A model generated the notes under the pieces. That model saw nothing but the letters and a program-made list of their open reading frames with translations. It made no database searches and had not been told where the DNA came from. The position numbers and the translations under genes were made by a program. Shown here piece after piece: positions 55,127 to 62,705 of a DNA stretch of 64,000 nt (positions are counted from its first letter, which is position 1; every line of letters begins with the position of its first letter). Source of the stretch: an uncultured Bacteroidales bacterium. GTDB taxonomy: Bacteria; Bacteroidota; Bacteroidia; Bacteroidales; VadinHA17. The stretch covers positions 129,605-193,604 of the forward strand of contig CAWGRY010000003.1 in NCBI GenBank assembly GCA_963825165.1, given 5' to 3'.

Positions 55127-57298
55127 ATGCCAGACATAGCACTAATGGTACGCAATAAAAAGCGTCAGGTGCTCAAGTGCCTTCCGGGGCCTGTCACCTT
55201 CGCTGAGAAAAAAGCTTTCGGCCTTGCTGCCGAAATTGCCATCGACAGCTATGCTCCCGGCAAACTTTACCTGGGCGAACCGCTGGTAATCTATTACATG
55301 GAGCTTGCACGTATAACTGCCTGTGAGGTAGGATTGGGATTACCGGCAGTTATCAGTGCACTGCTGTCTGGCATAAGTGATGGCAGTGAAGGATGGAAGA
55401 AGATTGATGATCTTAAAGATCCTGCGATAAAAAGCGTTATCACCGGATTATCGCGCGTAACAGCCCTTAAGGGGAGAGACTTCACGGGCCAGGCAGAGAA
55501 TTTCCGCAAGCTGCTGCTGACACTGGCCGATGATGGCAGGGTCATACTCATTGCACTGGCTGAGAGGCTCCTGATGATGCGCAGGCTGAAAAAGCTTCCT
55601 GAAAAAGAAAGACTTCCGGTGGCGTCGGAAACATATTTTCTTTTTGCCCCACTGGCGCACAGGCTGGGATATTACAACATCAAATCAGAGATGGAAGACC
55701 TGGCGATGCAGCTGATGGAACCTGGTGAATACAACGAGATTGATTCAAAGCTGAAGCAGACTACCACCTCCAGGAACAAGCTTATCAGGGAATTCTCAAA
55801 GCCACTGAAAGCCAGACTGGATGCCATAGGCCTGAGTTATGAGCTTAAGAGCCGTACAAAATCAGTACACTCCATATGGCAGAAGATGAAGAGACAGGGA
55901 GTGAACTTTGAAGAGGTTTTTGACATCTTCGCCTTACGCATTATCATCGATACTGACCCCGCCCACGAGAAGTCATCATGCTGGCAGACATATTCAGTTG
56001 TTACTGACCTGTACCAACCAGACCCCAGCAGGTTGCGCGACTGGATCTCCGTACCGAAGACCAACGGTTATGAATTGTTGCACACAACAGTGGCGACCAA
56101 AGAAGGTAAGTGGGTTGAAGTGCAGATTCGCACAAAACGTATGGATGAGATTGCAGAAAAGGGCCTCGCTGCACACTTTCGCTATAAGGGTATGAAAGGC
56201 GAGGGCGGTCTCGATGCATGGATGACACAGATGCGCGAGGTCCTTGGCACAGTGGAAAAGGAGGGAAGCGACTTCCTGGGAGAGATAAGGCCGGGACTAT
56301 ACTCAGACGAGGTATTTGTCTTCACACCCAAGGGTGAGGTGAGACAGCTGCCGGCAGGGGCGACGCTGCTCGACTTCGCCTTTGACATCCATACCGGGGT
56401 AGGATCAAAATGCGTGGGAGGAAAGGTCAACGGACGCAATGTACAGCTCAAACAAAAGCTGCAGAACGGTGACCATGTCTCTGTCATCACCTCCGTTAAA
56501 CAATCGCCCAAACGCGACTGGCTGTCGTTTGTCATCACCAATAAAGCCCGTACGAAGATAAGGCAGGCTCTCAATGAGGAGAAGGTAAAGCTGGCAGCCG
56601 AAGGCAAGGAGATTCTGACAAGACGACTGAAGAACTGGAAGATACCATATGGTGATGCTACAGTGGTCAGGCTTCTCGGGGAGTACGGTCTCAAGAATGC
56701 CCAGGATCTTTATTTCAGCATAGCCATAGGGGAGATCGAACTCCTGCAGGTGAAGAAAGTTCTTTTGCGCACAGACGAAGATGCAGAACCGGCTGCCGCA
56801 AAAGTGCCTGAGATGCATGTACATGATGAGACAACCAGGGGAGGAGCTGACTACCTTGTAATAGACGAGAAAGTTGAGGGTCTCGACTACAAGCTTTCAA
56901 AATGCTGCAACCCGGTGTTCGGCGACCGTATCTTCGGATTTGTCACTATCCTGGAAGGGATCAAGATACACAGGGCTTCCTGTCCCAATGCCGAATACAT
57001 GACATCAAACTTTCCCTACCGGGTTCTGCGGGCAAGATGGACCAGGCTTGATGCTGCCCGTGGATTTCTGACATCGGTAAAGGTAACGGGCATTGAGAAC
57101 CTGGGTATTGTTGCACGCATTTCCGATATTCTGACAGAGTACAAAGTATCGGTAAAGAGCTTCACCTACAAGATGGATAACGGCCTCTTTGAAGGCAAGA
57201 TCGATCTGCTGGTACCTAACATAAACCTGCTATACGGCCTGATAAAAAAGATACAGTCTGTCAAGGGTATAACCAAAGCATCCAGGCTTGACAATTAA
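55127..57298 (+). CDS. relA: RelA/SpoT-homologue (p)ppGpp synthetase with a degenerate hydrolase (HD) motif
   Basis: 723 aa. The synthetase core is SRTKSVHSIWQKMKRQGVNFEEVFDIFALRIII and GYELLHTTV, with TGS (VFTPKGEV) and a C-terminal ACT-like domain. The HD positions read GEPLVIYYMELA and ALLSGISDGS rather than the ...HP... and LLHD..ED motifs I recall. Confidence 0.88.
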   Translation: MPDIALMVRNKKRQVLKCLPGPVTFAEKKAFGLAAEIAIDSYAPGKLYLGEPLVIYYMELARITACEVGLGLPAVISALLSGISDGSEGWKKIDDLKDPAIKSVITGLSRVTALKGRDFTGQAENFRKLLLTLADDGRVILIALAERLLMMRRLKKLPEKERLPVASETYFLFAPLAHRLGYYNIKSEMEDLAMQLMEPGEYNEIDSKLKQTTTSRNKLIREFSKPLKARLDAIGLSYELKSRTKSVHSIWQKMKRQGVNFEEVFDIFALRIIIDTDPAHEKSSCWQTYSVVTDLYQPDPSRLRDWISVPKTNGYELLHTTVATKEGKWVEVQIRTKRMDEIAEKGLAAHFRYKGMKGEGGLDAWMTQMREVLGTVEKEGSDFLGEIRPGLYSDEVFVFTPKGEVRQLPAGATLLDFAFDIHTGVGSKCVGGKVNGRNVQLKQKLQNGDHVSVITSVKQSPKRDWLSFVITNKARTKIRQALNEEKVKLAAEGKEILTRRLKNWKIPYGDATVVRLLGEYGLKNAQDLYFSIAIGEIELLQVKKVLLRTDEDAEPAAAKVPEMHVHDETTRGGADYLVIDEKVEGLDYKLSKCCNPVFGDRIFGFVTILEGIKIHRASCPNAEYMTSNFPYRVLRARWTRLDAARGFLTSVKVTGIENLGIVARISDILTEYKVSVKSFTYKMDNGLFEGKIDLLVPNINLLYGLIKKIQSVKGITKASRLDN

Positions 57299-60200
57299 TA
57301 TCTCGGATCGGGAAGCACCGGTAGTTTAGCCATCTTTTCCACTTCAACAGAGGTTGAGCCAAACTCCTCAACCACCTTACCCTTAATGAGATACGTTCCG
57401 CTGCCGCGGAACGGCCAGCTGACCAGCGACTGAGAGAAATGGGTTGTGTCGAAGAACTCGCCGCTGTTGTCAATGAAGCATCCGAAGTTCATCCATTCCC
57501 CCTTCACCGTCTTGATATATTTCACCGTCACCAGGTGTCCCACCATTTTCACTTTGCGACCTGTTTTTTCGTGCATTTCCGGCGCCATCACCTCACCTCT
57601 GAACTTTGTCTGCAGCATGTCGAACCATGATAGTGTCACCGGAAAGCCCAGCAGCTCGATCTCGTCGTAGGCATCCTCGAGCTTTGACTGTTCAAAGGGA
57701 GGCATCACAAACTTTTTCGGTTCAGGATTAAAGAGCGTACGAGCCGTCTCACTCTTTCCCTTGTTGATAAGCATGTGTGCCTCCCACAGCAACAGCGCCT
57801 TGCTCTTACCGGTGAACCTGAAGACTCCGGTACGTATCAGTATAACGGTCTGTTCAAGACCTGGACCAATACGTGAGATAAAGTCACCAATATCCTTATA
57901 ATCACCATTGTTATCGCGTTCTTTTATGATCTCATGTGCCAGGCTGTTTTCAAGTCCGACGATATGGATCAGTCCCAGGAAAATACTCTTTCCGCAGATG
58001 GTGGTTTTGTACGTGCTTCTGTTTATGCATGGTGCTTCTATGACTGCCCCCTCGCGTTTTGCCTCGTGCACATAGACCCATGTTCGGTAGAAACCGCCGA
58101 AGTTATTTATGACCGCCACCATGAACTCGAGCGGGTAGTGCGCCTTCAGCCAGAGGCTCTGAAAGCTCTCCACGGCGTATGAGGCCGAGTGTGCCTTGGA
58201 GAATGAGTATCCGGCGAAGGATTCGATCTGGCGCCACACCTCCTTTGTTATCTCTTCGGGGTAGCCCTTTTCACGGCAGTTGGCGAAGAATCTCTCTGTG
58301 ATCTTCATCATCTCCTGCCGCGAGCGGTGCTTTCCGCTCATGGCGCGGCGGAGCGTGTCGGCGTCTGACAGATCGAGGCCCGCGAAGTGATGGCACACCT
58401 TCAGCACATCCTCCTGGTAGACCATCACCCCGAAGGTCTCGCTGAGGAGCTCTTTCATCACGGGGTGTATATACTCAAATTTGTCAGGGTTATGGAAGCG
58501 GTATATGAACTGACGCATCATGCCTGAGCGGGCCACACCGGGCCTGATGACCGAGCTGGCAGCCACAAGTGTCAGATAATCATCGCATCTCAGCTTCTGC
58601 AGCAGTCCGCGCATGGAAGGACTCTCAATATAAAAGCACCCTTTGGCGTCGCCGCGCCTGAGATGATCTTTTACCAGCGGGTCGTTCTTGAACTGCTGTA
58701 CGGCATGCACATCGACGTCCACGCCGCGGTTGGCGCGTATGATCTCCGCACTCTCCCTTATATGTCCTATTCCTCTCTGGCTCAGTATGTCAAGCTTCTC
58801 GTAGCCCAGCTCCTCGGCAGTGTACATGTCCCACTGCGTTGTCGGAAATCCTTTGGGAGGCATGTCGAGTGCCGTGTAGCAGCAGACAGGGTCTTCCGAG
58901 ATAAGGACCCCGCCGGCGTGTATGCTGCGCAGGTTGGGAAAGTCGGCAATTTTATTGCCGGTCTCAAAGATCATATCCTGTATCTCGCCGCGGTTACTGA
59001 CGGCAGACGGATTGTCAATCAGGGCGTCTATTTCGTCAACGGGCAGTCCGTGCACCTTGCCCAGCTCGCGCACTATTGACTTTCCGCGGAAGGTGTTCAC
59101 GGTGCCGAGGAGGGCGGTATGACGGTGACCGTATCGTTTGAAGATATACTCGGTGACGGTGTCGCGCTCCTTCCATGAATAGTCTATGTCGAAGTCGGGC
59201 GGCGAGGTGCGTTTGGGGTTGATGAAGCGCTCGAAGTAAAGGTTGAGGTCAATGGGGTCAACATTGGTGATCTTCAGGCAGTAAGCAACGACGGAGTTGG
59301 CGCCGCTGCCGCGCCCGACATGATAGAATCCGCATGACATGGAGTAGCGTATTATGTCCCATGTTATGAGGAAGTATGCAGAGAAGCCGAGGCGGTCGAT
59401 GATCTCCAGCTCATGCCGCACCCTCTCTTCAGCCACCTTGTTATTTGTTCCGTAGCGGTACTTCATCCCGTCCCATGCCAGCTTCTCGAGCAGCAGCTTG
59501 TCGTCGTACCTGCTGGCCGAGTAGATCTTTTTGTTCTTGTGGGTGGTGAAGTCGATATTCAGCGAGCAGTCGTTGAGCAGCCTGCGCGTGTTGTCAGTCA
59601 CCTGCGGCCACATCTCAAAGGGACGGATGAGCTTATTCTCAGGTATGATGATCTCGTCGGGTGAGGCTGTCATATGAGGCCCGAGGCGGCTGAGGAGGAT
59701 GTTATTGTCGACGGCGCGCAGGCTGCGGTGCACGGGATAGTCGTCGGGCGATTCTATTGTAACAGGCTGCATGACAACGCATTTAGAGATTTGTTTCTTT
59801 GTCATTGACATCAGCCTGTTGGCGGCAGAGGGACGTATGCCGAGGTACTCATTGTCGCGCAGGACGGCAGGGACGGCGGCGTCGGAAGCGCCTTTTTTGC
59901 CGGGTTTGACTGCATCGGAAGCGCCCGTATCGCCGGTCCTGTCTGCGCCGCCGGAAACTCCCGTGCCGCCGGCGGGGTAGACGATATACGCGTTCGGAAA
60001 GGAGGGAGGCTGAGAGGGGAGAGGCTCGCCGGTGATATTATGGTGGGTGAGGAACTCGTTCAGCTCACGGAAGCCTTCGTTGTTGCGTGCGATGCCAGCG
60101 TAAAGAAGTTTGTTGTCGCTGCGGAATTCTATCCCGGCCGCCGGGGTGATGTCGCGGCTGCGGCACTCACGCACGAAGTCGGGCACGCCTGTGGTGTTGT

Positions 60201-60315
60201 TGATATCAGTCAGCACCAGGCGCTGCACGCCGGCAGCCGCGGCGAGCTCAGAAAGGCGTTCGACGGTGATCGTGCCGTAACGAAGACTGTAATATGAATG
60301 ACAATTAAGGTACAT
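57295..60315 (-). CDS. dnaE2: error-prone DNA polymerase III alpha-family protein (DnaE2-like)
   Basis: 1006 aa with an N-terminal PHP domain (MYLNCHSYYSLRYGT...LVLTDINNTTG), the pol III alpha core (FPDFDIDYS, AGYSFSKAHSASYA) and an OB-fold C-terminus. It lies directly downstream of a Y-family polymerase and next to a LexA-like repressor. Confidence 0.88.
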   Translation of the reverse strand: MYLNCHSYYSLRYGTITVERLSELAAAAGVQRLVLTDINNTTGVPDFVRECRSRDITPAAGIEFRSDNKLLYAGIARNNEGFRELNEFLTHHNITGEPLPSQPPSFPNAYIVYPAGGTGVSGGADRTGDTGASDAVKPGKKGASDAAVPAVLRDNEYLGIRPSAANRLMSMTKKQISKCVVMQPVTIESPDDYPVHRSLRAVDNNILLSRLGPHMTASPDEIIIPENKLIRPFEMWPQVTDNTRRLLNDCSLNIDFTTHKNKKIYSASRYDDKLLLEKLAWDGMKYRYGTNNKVAEERVRHELEIIDRLGFSAYFLITWDIIRYSMSCGFYHVGRGSGANSVVAYCLKITNVDPIDLNLYFERFINPKRTSPPDFDIDYSWKERDTVTEYIFKRYGHRHTALLGTVNTFRGKSIVRELGKVHGLPVDEIDALIDNPSAVSNRGEIQDMIFETGNKIADFPNLRSIHAGGVLISEDPVCCYTALDMPPKGFPTTQWDMYTAEELGYEKLDILSQRGIGHIRESAEIIRANRGVDVDVHAVQQFKNDPLVKDHLRRGDAKGCFYIESPSMRGLLQKLRCDDYLTLVAASSVIRPGVARSGMMRQFIYRFHNPDKFEYIHPVMKELLSETFGVMVYQEDVLKVCHHFAGLDLSDADTLRRAMSGKHRSRQEMMKITERFFANCREKGYPEEITKEVWRQIESFAGYSFSKAHSASYAVESFQSLWLKAHYPLEFMVAVINNFGGFYRTWVYVHEAKREGAVIEAPCINRSTYKTTICGKSIFLGLIHIVGLENSLAHEIIKERDNNGDYKDIGDFISRIGPGLEQTVILIRTGVFRFTGKSKALLLWEAHMLINKGKSETARTLFNPEPKKFVMPPFEQSKLEDAYDEIELLGFPVTLSWFDMLQTKFRGEVMAPEMHEKTGRKVKMVGHLVTVKYIKTVKGEWMNFGCFIDNSGEFFDTTHFSQSLVSWPFRGSGTYLIKGKVVEEFGSTSVEVEKMAKLPVLPDPRY

Positions 60316-60335
60316 TGTCTTGCGGTCTGAATATC

Positions 60336-60368
60336 AGTTGAAAGGTTGAGAGGTTGAAGGGTTGAAGA
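60336..60368 (+). repeat. GGTTGA-containing octamer repeat x4 between dinB and dnaE2
   Basis: The sequence is AGTTGAAAGGTTGAGAGGTTGAAGGGTTGAAGA, with GGTTGA at 60344, 60352 and 60360 (8-nt period). Confidence 0.9.
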
Positions 60369-60423
60369 GATTGTCCATAAAGTCTTTAAAATCAAACTAT
60401 TGCCTATTGCATACTGCCGACTC

Positions 60424-61668
60424 CTAATGATATTGCCATCCTCTGAGTCTTTCTTCCATTCTGGATTTTTCTGCCAGTAGTTCGGTGTTCTTTCTGAGCT
60501 CGCGCTCGCTGCGTTCCGCAGCGGTCATCACCCCGGCGGCCCTGCGTATGGCATGACGCCCGAAACGACCCCTGAGCGTGTCCATGGTCATGTACAGGCT
60601 CACCATCTCGGGTGTGTCCTCGAACATGTCAAGCTGCTGTACCCCGCGTACCAGTCCGCTCACCCTTACGCCTATCAGCCTGATGAGCATGCGCCGCTGC
60701 CATAGGCGGCGGAAGAGGTTCTGCGCTTCGTTGATGAGCACATGATCGAATGCGGTATAGGGTATGCGCTGCTGCAGCGTGTGCGTGTCGAAATCGGAAT
60801 AGCGTATGCGTACCGTGATGCATGAGGCGAGCTTCTCCTGGCGGCGCAGCTCATAGGCCAGCTTCTCGGTCATGCTGATGATCAGCTGGCTGAGCATCAC
60901 CGTGTCGGTGGTGTCGCGCTCGAAGGTGTGCTCGGTGCTGACCGACTTCTGCTCGGAGTAGCTGATGACGGGCGTGGTGTCAATGCCGTTGGCTTTCTTC
61001 CATATCTCCGTGCCATTCTGGCCCATGAGCGACTCAAGCATCTCGGCAGGTATGCTGCGCAGGGTCTGTATGGTTGAGATACCCATCGAACGCAGCGTGT
61101 GGTAGGTCTTTTGTCCTATCATGGGTATCTTCCTGACGGACAGGGGGTCAAGGAAGGGCAGGACATACTGCTGCGCCACCTCCTTCTCTCCATTGGGCTT
61201 GGCCTCGCCGGCAGCGATCTTCGAGACGGTCTTGTTGACCGAGAGGCCCATGGAGATGGGCAGTCCCGTCTCTTTTATTATCGTGCCGCGCAGCTCATGC
61301 GCCCAGCGTGCACAGCCGTAGAAGCGCTCCATGCCCGTGAGATCGATATAGTGCTCGTCCACCGAAGCCTTCTCGTACAGAGGGGATTTTTCGGCGATGA
61401 TGTCAGTGACCATGCGCGAATATTTTGTGTACATCTCCATGTCGCCGCGTACAAAGACCGCCTCGGGGCACATCGCCCTCGCCATCTTCATGGGCATGGC
61501 CGAGCTGACACCGAAGCTGCGGGCTTCGTAGCTGCAACTCGAGACCACGCCGCGGTCAGAGCCACCGCCGACGATCACCGGACGTCCGTTGAGCCGGCTG
61601 TCACGCACCCTCTCCACAGAGACGAAGAAGGTGTCGAGATCAAGATGAAGGATGCTTCGGGAATCCAT
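60424..61668 (-). CDS. dinB: Y-family DNA polymerase (DinB / Pol IV-like)
   Basis: 414 aa with ILHLDLDTFFVSVE, GRPVIVGG, SYEARSFGV, ASVDEHYIDLTG and PVRKIPMIGQKT. Confidence 0.9.
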   Translation of the reverse strand: MDSRSILHLDLDTFFVSVERVRDSRLNGRPVIVGGGSDRGVVSSCSYEARSFGVSSAMPMKMARAMCPEAVFVRGDMEMYTKYSRMVTDIIAEKSPLYEKASVDEHYIDLTGMERFYGCARWAHELRGTIIKETGLPISMGLSVNKTVSKIAAGEAKPNGEKEVAQQYVLPFLDPLSVRKIPMIGQKTYHTLRSMGISTIQTLRSIPAEMLESLMGQNGTEIWKKANGIDTTPVISYSEQKSVSTEHTFERDTTDTVMLSQLIISMTEKLAYELRRQEKLASCITVRIRYSDFDTHTLQQRIPYTAFDHVLINEAQNLFRRLWQRRMLIRLIGVRVSGLVRGVQQLDMFEDTPEMVSLYMTMDTLRGRFGRHAIRRAAGVMTAAERSERELRKNTELLAEKSRMEERLRGWQYH

Positions 61669-61687
61669 GGCAAAACATTTTAAGGCT

Positions 61688-61726
61688 TGTTGAAAGGTTG
61701 AAGGGCTTAAAGGTTGAAGGCGAAAG
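61688..61726 (+). repeat. GGTTGA-containing octamer repeat x5 (degenerate) upstream of dinB
   Basis: The sequence is TGTTGAAAGGTTGAAGGGCTTAAAGGTTGAAGGCGAAAG with an 8-nt period. Confidence 0.85.
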
Positions 61727-61765
61727 TTTTTTTATTTTTTTCATTGCCGTTTGAAAAATCTGTTT

Positions 61766-61811
61766 TATCTTTGATTAGAAATTAATCAAACTTATGATTA
61801 CAATATAATCA
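61766..61811. promoter_or_regulatory. divergent promoter/operator region with two TGATTA-N5-TAATCA palindromes flanked by or overlapping -7 boxes on both strands
   Basis: TGATTAGAAATTAATCA lies at 61772-61788 and TGATTACAATATAATCA at 61795-61811. The + strand -7 box TATCTTTG is at 61766-73. The minus-strand -7 box is seen as CAAACTTA at 61787-94. Confidence 0.6.
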
Positions 61812-61822
61812 ATTATTATAAT

Positions 61823-62647
61823 ATGTATTTCGCAACGAACATAAAATTTTTAAGAAAACGCCGCGGACGCACGCAGGACGACGTTGCATCGGCACTGCAG
61901 ATGAAACGGCCGACGCTGAGCGGCTATGAGAATGGCGTGGCACAGCCTGGCATTGAGGCACTTGTGGCTTTCTCGGGGTATTATAACATCTCTCTTGACA
62001 CTATGCTCAAGATCGATCTGACGCAGCTATCCGAGAGCCAGCTGGGTGAGCTCGAGAGGGGTTATGACGCCTATATAAAGGGGAGTAACCTCAGGGTGCT
62101 GACAACAACGGTGACACCCGACAACCGTGAGAACATTGAGCTCGTGAATGAGAAAGCCAGGGCAGGATACACCACTGGTTATGCCGATCCTGAGTTCATA
62201 GGCGACCTTCCGCTGTTCAACCTGCCGTTCCTGTCGCGAAACCGCAAATACCGCACGTTCCAGCTCAAGGGTGACTCGATGCTGCCCATACCGGATAAGT
62301 CGTGGGTGACGGGTGAATTTCTGCAGGACTGGCATGATATAAAGAGCGGTAAGGCTTATATCATCCTGACCACCGGCGACGGAATTGTCTTCAAGGTGGT
62401 GGAGAACAGTATCGAAAGAAACGGCATGCTGGTGCTATACTCGCTCAATCCCCTCTATGAGCCCTATGAAGTCCATATAAATGATGTCAGGGAGATCTGG
62501 CGGTTTGTACATTATATAAGTGACGAACTGCCCGAACCGGTCCTTCCGGAGAAGCAGCTGCTGCGTACCGTAGCCACCATGAAGCAGGATCTGTACCAGC
62601 TCAAGAAGAGCATCGGACGCGATATCCAGGATGCGACCGAACTCTAG
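61823..62647 (+). CDS. LexA-like repressor (XRE-family HTH fused to an S24 peptidase domain)
   Basis: 274 aa. The N-terminal HTH is IKFLRKRRGRTQDDVASALQMKRPTLSGYENG. The C-terminal S24 domain has the nucleophile motif LKGDSMLP and a later VFK lysine. It is divergent from dinB-dnaE2. Confidence 0.85.
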   Translation: MYFATNIKFLRKRRGRTQDDVASALQMKRPTLSGYENGVAQPGIEALVAFSGYYNISLDTMLKIDLTQLSESQLGELERGYDAYIKGSNLRVLTTTVTPDNRENIELVNEKARAGYTTGYADPEFIGDLPLFNLPFLSRNRKYRTFQLKGDSMLPIPDKSWVTGEFLQDWHDIKSGKAYIILTTGDGIVFKVVENSIERNGMLVLYSLNPLYEPYEVHINDVREIWRFVHYISDELPEPVLPEKQLLRTVATMKQDLYQLKKSIGRDIQDATEL

Positions 62648-62705
62648 CTGTATATTCTTTGCATGCTTTTTGTGGCTTTGTTACAGGTCAATAAACCTTC
62701 CCGTG

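Noticed and set aside
57295-57298. relA and dnaE2 stop codons overlap in the palindrome TTAA (convergent genes with a 4-nt overlap)
   Set aside because: The overlap is real in the sequence, but this is a common compact-genome arrangement. It is noted only because it leaves no room for terminators between convergent transcripts.
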